From Promethearchaeota archaeon Loki_b31 (GTDB lineage: Archaea > Asgardarchaeota > Lokiarchaeia > Sigyniarchaeales > SOKP01): a stretch of DNA of 64,000 bases. This document shows, piece by piece, positions 8,329-18,857 of this stretch. Location of the stretch: positions 32,001 to 96,000 of the forward strand of contig NJBI01000002.1 of assembly GCA_005222975.1 (NCBI GenBank), written 5' to 3'. Made by a program: the position numbers and the translations under genes. A model generated the notes under the pieces. The model saw only the letters and a list, made by a program, of their open reading frames with translations. It did no database searches and was not told the DNA's origin. How positions within the stretch are numbered: the stretch's first letter is position 1; every line of letters starts with the position of its first letter.

Positions 8329-10635
8329 ATGATAACTACAAGAGAATCAATAAATTTTCAATTTTCTTTAATTTTTGGTTACTCTAGTCCAACAGATTTA
8401 ATAGTTGGTGATGTAATTGGGCCGGGCAAGTTAACTAAAGAAAAAGTTAACGAACTAACGCAAGATGTAATTAAATTCTTGCGTATGTATAACGCTATTC
8501 TAAGAGATTATTCAGGTTCAGAAGTTTTTAGTATTGAATTTGAGTTGTATAATTTTGACGAAAAAGATGCGATGGTTAATATTTATCCAAAATCTATGTT
8601 ATTAATTCCGGGTAAGTTTAAAGACTGTGAAAGTTTATTACTTGCTTTGAAACCGGAAACGGGCTATTTGGATCCTCATAAATCAAGGAAGTCTGTTAAC
8701 CACATTAGTAGACTATTTTTTGAAGTGGAAGAGTTTACGAGTCGGCCCGAATTGGGAACTAGTGATAAAACTCAAGTCCTTAAAAAATTTGCTACGCGTT
8801 TTAGCAAAAAACTTTATGGAGATTTAATTGAAGATAAATGGAATAAAAAATTAATTGGTTTAAGCGTTTCTCTTCCAACCGAGAAAGAAATGTTAATTAC
8901 TTATGCTGCGATAAAATCTGACACCAAATTTCTATGGAATAAAAGACCTATTGAAATGGTATTTTCAAATCATAAATATGAGCGCTTTAAATCTCCATTT
9001 ACGGGCAAATCGATAATTGATCATCTTAAATATACAATATCTGAGCCTAGTGCTAATTTTATAATAGAAAAAACCTTAAAGTTAGGGACTAATCTCCTTA
9101 AATTAGCAAATACGGGGACTATAGATGAAATACAAGATAAGTTAATCTCTTTTTTTATCGTAAAAATCAAAGAAAAACTTGAGAATGTTAAAGAATTACA
9201 TTCTGGAGATTGGGTAATTTCTAATATTGAGAGCATAATAAAAGAATTGGAGTTAAATATTGACAGTTTTTTAAAATACTCTAAAAAATTTCTAACTACG
9301 GGGGAAACTGGAGATTTGTTCGAACTTTTGGATAAATATAACAAATACATTATTAGTATTGCTGGAGATAACCTCAATATTTTTAAAGAACTTTGTCAAT
9401 TTGCAACTGAATCTATTAAGTTATCAATTAGTAGTGGAGAAAGATTTAGAGCTATAGAATTAAGCTCTGTAATCAATTATTTTGCGGAAGTTATTAAGAA
9501 TAGTTTTATGCTAATAATAGAGTCGCTTCCTCAATATCTCTCGAGACGTAGACTAAAAACCTTGACTTATTATTTTAGTGGTAATTTAAGCGAAAAATTC
9601 GATAAAGAACAGAAACCTTCGAAAACTTTAGGTCAAAACATATTAACTAAGTTTGAACAATATTTAATAAGCCAAATAGAAATAAGTCCAAGCGTATTGT
9701 CAAAAGTAAATAAATTCAATGAAGATTCTTTAACAAGAGAATTTAAAAAAATAGTAAATGGGAATATTAAATCGTTCTTTGAAGGGATTAAGTTAAATAT
9801 AAGTGATTTAATTGCCTTTGCAGAAATTCAAATGGAAAAAGACTCGAAGGTAATAAAATCACATATAGTTAAATTTGAGCGATATTCTAACGAACTAAAA
9901 TATTTATTGAATTACATTCTAAGGTACACTACGATAAATCGGTTTTTAAAAGAAGAACCAGATGTTGAAATAACAGACCCAGTAACTTTTTCGAATAGGT
10001 TTCATCGATTCTTAGAAAAGAGAGTTGGTGGGATTGATTTAGCCTGGAAAACTTATGTACTAGAATGGATAAAAGATTATGCTAAGAAATTCTTTAAAAT
10101 AGAAGAAAAAAGAAATTGGTCTTTAGATGAGACCGTATTTGATTTCATAAGATATCTTGAAGAAAGGGAATCAAAAGAGCAAGAACCAGAAAGTTTTCTC
10201 AAGTTATTAGATAAATATATTTTAACCGTCTCAGATGAGATGGAGAAAGAACATTTAATAGATTTTTATAAGCATTATGATTTTTGCATTGATATAAAGA
10301 CAGAATTTCCAAAATACATTCAAAATAATGTTGAAAAGGAAATTAATTTATTAAACATTAATCGAGAAAAAATAATTCCCGTTAAATATTTCAGCATTGA
10401 TGGGGCAGAGCCGTTCTATAATTACATAAAAGAGAGAAAACTGAAGTATTTTTCGAAGTTAATACCAAGGCCTGTATCCTTGATTTTAAAGCATGAATTA
10501 ACAAATGAAGAAAAAGAATTGTTTAATGCTGATTTATATCACACTTTTAATTTTAAATATTGGTATAAAAAAGCCAAATATGATATCGCAGATAATTTTA
10601 AGGAAGTATATCGAGAATGGATAAAAGATTTATGA
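8329..10635 (+). CDS. Large hypothetical, mostly helical protein
   Basis: 768-aa ORF, no motif recognised. Confidence 0.8.
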   Translation: MITTRESINFQFSLIFGYSSPTDLIVGDVIGPGKLTKEKVNELTQDVIKFLRMYNAILRDYSGSEVFSIEFELYNFDEKDAMVNIYPKSMLLIPGKFKDCESLLLALKPETGYLDPHKSRKSVNHISRLFFEVEEFTSRPELGTSDKTQVLKKFATRFSKKLYGDLIEDKWNKKLIGLSVSLPTEKEMLITYAAIKSDTKFLWNKRPIEMVFSNHKYERFKSPFTGKSIIDHLKYTISEPSANFIIEKTLKLGTNLLKLANTGTIDEIQDKLISFFIVKIKEKLENVKELHSGDWVISNIESIIKELELNIDSFLKYSKKFLTTGETGDLFELLDKYNKYIISIAGDNLNIFKELCQFATESIKLSISSGERFRAIELSSVINYFAEVIKNSFMLIIESLPQYLSRRRLKTLTYYFSGNLSEKFDKEQKPSKTLGQNILTKFEQYLISQIEISPSVLSKVNKFNEDSLTREFKKIVNGNIKSFFEGIKLNISDLIAFAEIQMEKDSKVIKSHIVKFERYSNELKYLLNYILRYTTINRFLKEEPDVEITDPVTFSNRFHRFLEKRVGGIDLAWKTYVLEWIKDYAKKFFKIEEKRNWSLDETVFDFIRYLEERESKEQEPESFLKLLDKYILTVSDEMEKEHLIDFYKHYDFCIDIKTEFPKYIQNNVEKEINLLNINREKIIPVKYFSIDGAEPFYNYIKERKLKYFSKLIPRPVSLILKHELTNEEKELFNADLYHTFNFKYWYKKAKYDIADNFKEVYREWIKDL

Positions 10636-13028
10636 TAAGTGGAGTAAAGCGAAAAACAACTGCTGTAGAAAGCACCTATAGATTTTTTCAGACGATTGAT
10701 CTGATAATTTCGCACTTGAAGCGAGAAGCCGATAAAAAGATAATTTTTGCATTGATTCATACGGCCCCTACATTGCGCTCATTGCTAATTGCTACGGCGG
10801 CAGTACATTTGTACCATTATATGGGTATTAAAGTGCAAGAATCGTTGGAGTCAAACAAATTTACTTTCGATTCAACTAAAGAACTAGAATTAAAAGAAAA
10901 AAAAATTTTGATAGAGGAAGTTGATTCCTTTTTAAAAACATCATTTGAATTGGAAGGAAGCATATTTAACAATATAATTGATTTAGAGAATTTGTTTTTG
11001 ACGCTATTAATTGAAGAAAGAACAGGTGATCTTCAACAAACTCAGAGAGTGAAAAAAATAAACGATATTGAAACCCAAATTGAACGCGAACTGTTAAATA
11101 TTATCTCTAAATTCCCATCCTTTTATTTTTACGATTTTATTGGAGATTTAATTGGGCTTAATGATATTATAAAAAGAGAAATCTTAGAGGAAAGCGCGGG
11201 ACTTAAAAGTACATCGATTGAGATGGAAAAAAAATTAGAAAAAGAGGATAAAGAGGATAAATATATTGAAGTATCCACATTAAATCGCTTAATCGAAAGA
11301 ATGCAAAAGCAGTTTGAGTTCAAATCATACAAGGAGTTACAAGTTCAGACAATGCCCATAAGAATGATAAAAAAAAGAATATTAGAGCATGAATTTAATA
11401 AGTTTCCAATATCAGTTCCAGGATTAAGAAATTACTTAGAAGGAAATAATTTAAAAAAGAGAATAATAAGGTCTATTGAGAGTGCTTTCAAAGAAAATAT
11501 AAATTACGAACAATTTGAAGAGAAAATCCTATCAGAATTAAAATCTGAATTAATAAAGCAATTTAAGACAAATCCAAACGATTTTATTTATTTTCTTCAA
11601 AGTTTATATGAATCTAGTTTTGAAGATATTATTTTTTTAATTAACAAAAGAGGAATTAAGGATATTTTACATTTAATTAATGTCGATTATGAGTTAGTTG
11701 AAAATGTAAAGAAAAATATGATTAGATATAACATTAAAGAGCAAGATTTAATTGCTTTAAACGATAAAAAGAAAAATTTAATTAATTTAGCAAAAAAATC
11801 ATTGTGTAATCTTAAATTTCCCTTTCTTGAAAACATAATTGCAAAATTTGGCAATTTTACAGAATTTAACCTGTTAAAAATTCTTTATAGAAATGATGTT
11901 GAACTTGAAGAGTTATGGAAAATTTTAGAGAAGACATTGGGTTTTTCAATTAATGATTTAAGAGAATTCGTAAGGAAAAAGCAAATTATCGACAAAAATT
12001 TTTTCCAAGATTTAGGTTTGAGCAATTATTCCCAAATAATTCTTCTTAATGATTTTGATAAGATTTTGAATAATTTAGTGAAAGATCTATTTTACTTTAT
12101 TTTATCTAAAATTTTAAGACAACTAAGTCGGATCATTGAATTATATGGCATAATTTCAAACGATAAAGCGCTATTTATTTCAGCGTTAAAACGTGCAGGA
12201 AAAACTATAGATATTGAAGATTGGGCTCAAATAAAATTAGAAGAATTAAGCATCGAACGATTGATAAAAAGGCAGAATGAATTAGTTGTTGTTTTTAACG
12301 CTAATAATCAAGTTTTTCTTGTAAATGGTTTTATATTATCACGTTTAACTAATACATCATTAGAGGAAAGCATTTTTGAATTGAAAAATGAAGATAGTTA
12401 TATCTACAAAGAAATTTTACCTTTAAAATTAAAAGCCGACTTAATATCCCCCATTTCATATTGTATCGCCTATGATTTAATTAAAAGATTTGAAAGTTTT
12501 GAAAAAGTAGAGAAAGAAAAAGTTGATATTGCCACAGAAGCTGAAAAGAAAATAGAGAAAGATAAGAAAATAGAAATTCGTAAAATACAAGAAGAAAACA
12601 CTCTTAATTGGATTGAACGGAAAATAACTTCTACTTTAATGGGCATAAATCGTCCTGGTTTGAACCCCCGTCAATTCTATTGGCAAAAAAAAGATACTAA
12701 AATCGCAACAGAACAGATTATAATACATAGCAGGTTAAAAGGTGGCTGCTTTAATAGGTTTTATGAATTTTATCATTTTGCTGTAGAAAAAATTAAATCT
12801 CACATGGTAAATATGAATTTACCTAATTATGACAGAATTAAATCTGATGTCTCAGCTATTATAGATAGAATTTTATCTGAAAGATTGGGTCATGCTCCAA
12901 ATTCTGTTGAAATTGATAAAATTCTTGATGGAGAGAGATACGAAATAGCTAAAGAAATTGTAAAAAAGATTGGGGTACTTTTAGACGACGCAGCTTATTT
13001 AAAATTCAAGAAAAAACCGAAGAAATAA
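10632..13028 (+). CDS. Large hypothetical helical/coiled-coil protein
   Basis: About 800-aa ORF; ATG at 10632 overlaps the upstream TGA (ATGA), so preferred over the track start 10617. Confidence 0.8.
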   Translation: MISGVKRKTTAVESTYRFFQTIDLIISHLKREADKKIIFALIHTAPTLRSLLIATAAVHLYHYMGIKVQESLESNKFTFDSTKELELKEKKILIEEVDSFLKTSFELEGSIFNNIIDLENLFLTLLIEERTGDLQQTQRVKKINDIETQIERELLNIISKFPSFYFYDFIGDLIGLNDIIKREILEESAGLKSTSIEMEKKLEKEDKEDKYIEVSTLNRLIERMQKQFEFKSYKELQVQTMPIRMIKKRILEHEFNKFPISVPGLRNYLEGNNLKKRIIRSIESAFKENINYEQFEEKILSELKSELIKQFKTNPNDFIYFLQSLYESSFEDIIFLINKRGIKDILHLINVDYELVENVKKNMIRYNIKEQDLIALNDKKKNLINLAKKSLCNLKFPFLENIIAKFGNFTEFNLLKILYRNDVELEELWKILEKTLGFSINDLREFVRKKQIIDKNFFQDLGLSNYSQIILLNDFDKILNNLVKDLFYFILSKILRQLSRIIELYGIISNDKALFISALKRAGKTIDIEDWAQIKLEELSIERLIKRQNELVVVFNANNQVFLVNGFILSRLTNTSLEESIFELKNEDSYIYKEILPLKLKADLISPISYCIAYDLIKRFESFEKVEKEKVDIATEAEKKIEKDKKIEIRKIQEENTLNWIERKITSTLMGINRPGLNPRQFYWQKKDTKIATEQIIIHSRLKGGCFNRFYEFYHFAVEKIKSHMVNMNLPNYDRIKSDVSAIIDRILSERLGHAPNSVEIDKILDGERYEIAKEIVKKIGVLLDDAAYLKFKKKPKK

Positions 13029-13130
13029 TTAAACACTTCAAAATAAAATAACAAAAATATTAAAATCATCATAATTTAGTTTATATACAAATTTTAATTT
13101 AAAACACCATTAAACGCGTATGATTAAACC

Positions 13131-13397
13131 ATGTCGTGGCTTAAAAAAGAATTGGGCTATATAAAAGATTCATTTTCTCAAGTAATTAAAGGATTTATTC
13201 TTTTTGTTTGCGCAACTTCGGGTTTAGGATGTGCTTTATTATTAAGACATCTAGGGTATAATGGGACAATAATTGCATTTACCGGAATAGTTGTAGAAGC
13301 AATTGGCTTATTTTTGAGCTACTTGTTTTTCCAAAAGCATTTTACGCTAGAAGAAGAAGATGAAGCAATGCAAAAAGGGAAGAAATCATTTAAGTAA
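13131..13397 (+). CDS. Small 2-TM membrane protein
   Basis: 88 aa, two hydrophobic helices, charged tail. Confidence 0.7.
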   Translation: MSWLKKELGYIKDSFSQVIKGFILFVCATSGLGCALLLRHLGYNGTIIAFTGIVVEAIGLFLSYLFFQKHFTLEEEDEAMQKGKKSFK

Positions 13398-13404
13398 ATT
13401 AGAA

Positions 13405-14139
13405 TTATTTTACAAAGTCTTCCCATTTCCTTTTATTAATTCGATGAGAAACCAAATAATCCTTTACTTCTGTTAATAAAATTACGGGGTCATATTCCCA
13501 AGCTTCCGTTTTATTGAAAGAAAGGCATTTAATTTGTTGTAATTCAAATTTTGACTTTATTAAAAGGCCATAAGTAGCAACTTGTGGTAATGAATTCATA
13601 AAGTTTCCTTCTGGTTTATAATCAATCACTTTTACTATGTTGTCCTCAATTTGAATAAGATCTATGTGTCCGGTAATGAAGTTATTGTTAATCTTTTTCC
13701 AGATTGGAACTTCAATTGCGACTGAATTCTTATCTTTGATTAAAATGTTCTTTAAAACAGGTTCGTGACCAGGAACTTTTCCAATTTTATTGGTTTTAAA
13801 ACTTTCAAATACATTTTGCGTGTAATTTGGTAATTTAGAATCTGAACCGAGGTATCGTATTTTTCCTTCTCGAATCAATTTTTTACTGAAACTTGTGATA
13901 AAAGCCGGTTTTAACCCTCTCATTTTAAATTGTGAGACGCGGGAAAGTCCTTGTAAATTGAACAAGTCATTGGGAATTTCTCCTTTATATATTCTCTTAA
14001 AATAGGAACCTAGCTTAATGAATTCTTCTCGATTAGGGTTTTTTTGCAAAATCTTTTCCTTATGATGGGCAATATTCCAATTAAAAGCATAAGGGATGTT
14101 CTGATGTACAAAAATCTTTTTTTTAAGCAAATTTACCAC
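13405..14139 (-). CDS. PD-(D/E)XK nuclease family protein
   Basis: EVPI...GHIDL...VIDYK...QVATY motif series. Confidence 0.85.
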   Translation of the reverse strand: MVNLLKKKIFVHQNIPYAFNWNIAHHKEKILQKNPNREEFIKLGSYFKRIYKGEIPNDLFNLQGLSRVSQFKMRGLKPAFITSFSKKLIREGKIRYLGSDSKLPNYTQNVFESFKTNKIGKVPGHEPVLKNILIKDKNSVAIEVPIWKKINNNFITGHIDLIQIEDNIVKVIDYKPEGNFMNSLPQVATYGLLIKSKFELQQIKCLSFNKTEAWEYDPVILLTEVKDYLVSHRINKRKWEDFVK

Positions 14140-14406
14140 TCAATAATATAGAATCGTATTTTTAGCGGAATTTTAAAATGTATTAACATTTAATATTAAT
14201 AGTGTTCCAAATTTAAAAGAAAATCATATTAACAAATTATTAATTTTTTGTTAGCGAGTAAGATATTTTCAGTTACGAATCGATTGCTATTAACCGTGTT
14301 TAGATTTTTACGAATTTGAAAATAAAGCTTAAATATTTATTAAAATGTCTCTAAACAAAAAATTTAAAGACGATTTTATATTTATTATTATAACTAAAAT
14401 TGAATA

Positions 14407-14481
14407 GGACCTGTAGCCAAGCCTGGATATGGCGTCGGACTTCTAATCCGAAGATCGCAGGTTCGACTCCTGCCAGGTCCG
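14407..14481 (+). tRNA. tRNA-Arg(TCT)
   Basis: Acceptor GGACCTG/CAGGTCC, anticodon arm TCGGA-CTTCTAA-TCCGA, T arm GCAGG-TTCGACT-CCTGC. No intron; CCA not encoded. Confidence 0.97.
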
Positions 14482-14678
14482 CTTCATTAATTCAAAGAAT
14501 TAACTCCTGTTTTTATATTTAAAAACATCATTGATACTAATACCATAATGTGCAAGTTTTTTATGAATCTTGTTTCTATTATACTCTTTTTGATTACTTT
14601 CTAAGATTTATTAAATCGTTCAATAGAGATTTAAAAAAGAAAGGAAAATAATTAGTGGTCTTATAAAGAGCATTGACT

Positions 14679-15836
14679 TCACATAACATGCTTAATTTTT
14701 ACATCCACCACTATCAAATCGGATTTAGGAGAAAACGGTTTAACGATCTTAGAGTTAATTATTTCTTCTATGTACCATCCCATCCTATTTAACTTAGTTA
14801 TTAAATTTTTAATTCCTTTTTCAATTGGATCTGGTTTTTCACAGAATTGATATAAATGTAAAATTCCGCCTGTTTTTTTCATCAGGAAGCATGCTATATC
14901 TACGTAATTAATAGATTGTTCCGGTAAATTCATTATTATTCTATCTAAGCGGTTTTTCAAATTAATTCCTAATTCATTGGATGAATTTATAAGGTCCATG
15001 ACATCGATGTTATAAGCAAGAATTTCTCCTTTCAGTTTATTTAATTCTATATTTTCAATGAGATATTTATATGCCGTTGGATTAATATCGAAAGAATAAA
15101 TTTTTACATGGTTGATTCTTGCTATTTGAATAGAGATTGGCCCAACACCCGCAAACATATCTACGATTAATTCATTTTTTGCAAATTTGAGTAAACTTAA
15201 CCGTTTTCGCTCAAAAACTAATCTTGGCGTGAAATATGTATTTTTTACGTTTAATTTAAAAATACAATTATTTTCTTTATGAAATGTTTCAGGGTTATTT
15301 ACGCCAAAAAGAGGTTGTAATTCTTTTAGCCTATATTTTCCTTTTACTTCGCTCTTTTTCTCGTAGACTGTTTCTACCGTCTTATTCACTTTTGCTATCG
15401 CCTTAGCAATTTTTCTCTTATATAATGAGGTTTTGTCCACACTTAACGAGTTTAATTGGTCAAATTCGATAATAGCAATTTTTCCAATAACATCATAGGA
15501 TTTTGGTATTAAATCTATAATATCTTCTGATAATTCGCCTACTAAAGCTTCTTCAAGGGAGCGAAATTTATAATTTGGATCCATTTCCCCCTTGGCGTTA
15601 ACAATTTCAAAATTTAAATCGTTTACATTGCTTTCATTTAATTTGTTAACATTTTCCTTGTTCTTTATTAAAGGAAAGAGCACATAAGCTCCACTATGTA
15701 TAACTTTTTTTCTTTTATCTATAATATTTTCATCTGAAAATTTTGTTTTAATTAATTTTAGAAATTTTTCAGCGGAATCCTTTTTAATTTTTAAAAATTT
15801 AGTGTTTTCTTTTCCAGTTCTATTCATATGTATCAT
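14679..15836 (-). CDS. trm5: tRNA (guanine-37-N1) methyltransferase Trm5 / Taw2 family
   Basis: SYDVIGKIA, YFTPRL-x2-ER, VDMFAGVGP, DINP and IIMNLP motifs. Confidence 0.88.
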   Translation of the reverse strand: MIHMNRTGKENTKFLKIKKDSAEKFLKLIKTKFSDENIIDKRKKVIHSGAYVLFPLIKNKENVNKLNESNVNDLNFEIVNAKGEMDPNYKFRSLEEALVGELSEDIIDLIPKSYDVIGKIAIIEFDQLNSLSVDKTSLYKRKIAKAIAKVNKTVETVYEKKSEVKGKYRLKELQPLFGVNNPETFHKENNCIFKLNVKNTYFTPRLVFERKRLSLLKFAKNELIVDMFAGVGPISIQIARINHVKIYSFDINPTAYKYLIENIELNKLKGEILAYNIDVMDLINSSNELGINLKNRLDRIIMNLPEQSINYVDIACFLMKKTGGILHLYQFCEKPDPIEKGIKNLITKLNRMGWYIEEIINSKIVKPFSPKSDLIVVDVKIKHVM

Positions 15837-16251
15837 TAACCTTGAAAAGTATTGAAATTTGTTTCTTGGAATTAGTTAATTTGCTAATAATATTCCTGTT
15901 CAATTCCCTTGAGGATTTTGTACAATTTATAAGGATGGTTCTATCGCATATATAATTGCTTTTTCGAAAAACCAAATCTTTTTTACTTAGCAAAGTTAAG
16001 TTTTTATTGCCATAGCCGTAAAAAGAATCGGTTGTATCATCTAATTTTATTACGACATCGATCTTTTCCCCGTTCTTTACTTTTTTCTTTAATACTGAAT
16101 TTAAATCATAACAAGATTTTGACGCTTTAATACCCAAAATACAGGTTCCCTTTTTAGTAAGGTAATCGTCCTTAGTTAACTCTATAGTTGTACTATGAGT
16201 ACATTGAATAAGGGGATGGCCAACTGCATTGATTGAGTCTAATATAATCAT
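15820..16251 (-). CDS. DUF371 family protein
   Basis: GHP-x4-H-x-TTIE-x-T-x-D-x-YLT-x2-G-x-CI and VFRKS-x4-DRT patterns. Confidence 0.85.
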   Translation of the reverse strand: MIILDSINAVGHPLIQCTHSTTIELTKDDYLTKKGTCILGIKASKSCYDLNSVLKKKVKNGEKIDVVIKLDDTTDSFYGYGNKNLTLLSKKDLVFRKSNYICDRTILINCTKSSRELNRNIISKLTNSKKQISILFKVNDTYE

Positions 16252-16254
16252 TTC

Positions 16255-17907
16255 TTATTCTTCCTTTAAAAATTGAAAAAGTTCATCTATTTGTTTAATC
16301 ACACAAGAATTTGATTCGTATATTCTATTTAAGATGCTTTTAAGCCCGTTAATTGGATGTGTGTTTGGAAATTGTGTAGATTCGTTAAATTGGTTAACAT
16401 AAAATTCTGGAATGAGAAGGACACATTTTTTATAATTGTTCGAACGAATTTTTAAAAACGCTTCTGAATTTTTTATGGAATTTTGATAGAAAACATCATT
16501 AATAGAAGAGGAATAGCACGATTCGTATTGTCCCATTGGAAACGAATCGATTAATTCATATGGAATAATCCCGAAAATTATAGAATAAAAAACCAAATGG
16601 ATTTCATTTCTTTGAATAAGTTGATTGTTATTTATTATATTTAACCAGTTACTCATGGTAGGCGAGTTTTTACCTTTTACATCCAATTCGGGTAAAATTA
16701 TTAGATATTTAGCTTCTTTAGGGGGGCGGTAATTGTTAATTATTTTTTGTTCGAAACGATAGATTAAAGGTCTATCTAAACTTTCGGTACACGCATAAAG
16801 CCTTCCATGATTTTTATATACTTTCTCGTAAATCTCAAAAAAAGGTTTATTCTTTTTTATTAGACTGGCGGCTTTCACTAAATTAGGATGAGCTCGAATC
16901 CTTTGTTCGACTAACTCCCATAGATTTCCTTCTCTTATTGCTTGTCTTATCGTTCTTAATTCGGAGAAAGATAAGTATAAGTTGTGCTTTGCGAGTAATT
17001 CAACCCTTAAATTATCTTCAAAATTTTTAATTTCCTTAGGTGTAAATTTTGAGCAAATTGGGCAATGACACGGGAATTCTTTTAATTCTTCAAGATTTTT
17101 AGTACCTGTTGATAAGGAAAAATAGCGATTTTGCTTTGCAAATAATATATATGCTGCCGAATCCATTAAATCACAACCACACGCGACCGCCAAAGAAAAA
17201 TATTGCGGCAATCCTAAACCAAACATGTGAATTGGTTTGTTGGGAGCAATATACTGTTTTACAGTCAATAACATTTGTGTGGTTAATTCAAACCTGTAAT
17301 TTAAAAACGCTTTTACTATTCCGCCGATAGCGTAGACTCCAAAATCTAATTTACTCATTTCGAGTGAGCTTTCTTTCAGCAAGTCTAAATGTTTTCCTCC
17401 GTGTATTGGACCAAACCAATAGCAATCTGAGCGTGATCTCCTTGAAATATTACCTTTTGCCCTTTGAATAGTAGTTAACACTTTTTCCTTTGCAATATCA
17501 TAGTGATCTTCTAATTGAACTGGTATATCTAATATAACAGAAAAATCAGCTCCTATACTTTCTTGAAATTTCTCAATACTATTCGCATCAATATCTAATG
17601 AATCATTATTATACATATATTGTTGAAACGCACCACTATCGGTTGCTATTATTCCATCATAATTTAAATATTCGTGAAGTCCTTTCTGTAGAACTTGAGT
17701 TCTTAAGTTTTCCTTTTTATAAATAATGTATGCGTTAGTAAAAAGACATTGCGCACCAATTTTCTTTAAATTGAGAGGGGAAATAATGTTTTTGTAAGGA
17801 TGTACTACTGGAAATAAATTAGGAGTAAGCATCTCTTTATTGTTTAATTTAATGCTACCTAAACGCGCTAATGCATCGATATCATTTATTTCAAATTTCA
17901 TATTCAA
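16255..17907 (-). CDS. tgtA: Archaeosine tRNA-guanine(15) transglycosylase
   Basis: TP-x-LFPV, TDSGAFQ, LD-x-P, HMFG, DSAAY, CHCPIC and HNL motifs. ATG at 17901 after GTGAT is the likely start. Confidence 0.93.
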   Translation of the reverse strand: MNMKFEINDIDALARLGSIKLNNKEMLTPNLFPVVHPYKNIISPLNLKKIGAQCLFTNAYIIYKKENLRTQVLQKGLHEYLNYDGIIATDSGAFQQYMYNNDSLDIDANSIEKFQESIGADFSVILDIPVQLEDHYDIAKEKVLTTIQRAKGNISRRSRSDCYWFGPIHGGKHLDLLKESSLEMSKLDFGVYAIGGIVKAFLNYRFELTTQMLLTVKQYIAPNKPIHMFGLGLPQYFSLAVACGCDLMDSAAYILFAKQNRYFSLSTGTKNLEELKEFPCHCPICSKFTPKEIKNFEDNLRVELLAKHNLYLSFSELRTIRQAIREGNLWELVEQRIRAHPNLVKAASLIKKNKPFFEIYEKVYKNHGRLYACTESLDRPLIYRFEQKIINNYRPPKEAKYLIILPELDVKGKNSPTMSNWLNIINNNQLIQRNEIHLVFYSIIFGIIPYELIDSFPMGQYESCYSSSINDVFYQNSIKNSEAFLKIRSNNYKKCVLLIPEFYVNQFNESTQFPNTHPINGLKSILNRIYESNSCVIKQIDELFQFLKEE

Positions 17908-17928
17908 TCACTTCTAGTTCAGAATTTA

Positions 17929-18522
17929 TCAATCAAAAAATTCTTGTAAACGGTTTTCTTGAAATAATTTTTCTAACCAGTCTACTTTCCCTGCGTAATA
18001 CTTTTCTATATCTTTTTCTTTTATAATATCATCCATTATCGTTTTAGTTATTGATTCAATATTTATTTTTGTGGTATTAATTTCTAATATGGGCGTATCT
18101 AATTGTTTATTCATAAAAAATTTTACGCAGTTTCCTAAAATTTCTGATTGAACATTTTCTCTAATTTTTTCTATTTTATATCCTCTTTTTTTTAACCTTA
18201 TAAATAATTCATCTGGATCACATCTCAATATTATAACCCAATCGATATATCGTTCGGGAACAATGTCTGAAAAATGGCTTTCAATTATTAAAAACTCAAA
18301 ATTTTCTTTTCTATATTTTTCTATTAACTTAATTAAAAAGGGAATTAATTTACTTCTATTTATAATAGATGTTTCTCTTTTAGTGTCATAATCTATTATT
18401 AAATTTTCTGAAATTGCTAATTCATTTAAACTAATTACTTTAAGTTTAAGATAATTAGCGATGTTATTTGAAACAGTAGTTTTTCCCGTTCCTGGGGTGC
18501 CAGAGATCACTAAAATTTTCAT
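17929..18522 (-). CDS. Adenylate kinase AK6/Fap7 family
   Basis: SGTPGTGKTT P-loop, IIESH, LRCDP, RL-x2-RGY-x3-KI-x-EN. Confidence 0.9.
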   Translation of the reverse strand: MKILVISGTPGTGKTTVSNNIANYLKLKVISLNELAISENLIIDYDTKRETSIINRSKLIPFLIKLIEKYRKENFEFLIIESHFSDIVPERYIDWVIILRCDPDELFIRLKKRGYKIEKIRENVQSEILGNCVKFFMNKQLDTPILEINTTKINIESITKTIMDDIIKEKDIEKYYAGKVDWLEKLFQENRLQEFFD

Positions 18523-18857
18523 GTTTAAATAAGTAAAATCATCGGTAAAATATAAAATACATTCACCTAATAATAAGAATATCTTAAAATTTAATTACTG
18601 CTAATAAGAATTATCCGTGTTAAAAAAGAAAGAAAAATAAATGGTGGGCTTACATAGAGCGCTAAAGTAAAATGCTCTTATAAGAAGCACCAAATTATGG
18701 ATTAATATAACCTTGACCTGGCATTACTCTCACTTTAAATATTAATTCGGTTAATTTTCTGATAAATTTAAACAAAAGATGGAAATTTTTTTCATCTTTT
18801 CATTAACTAATTTTCATCTTTTTTATTTAAACTTCGAGTATGATCTTTGAATAATAG

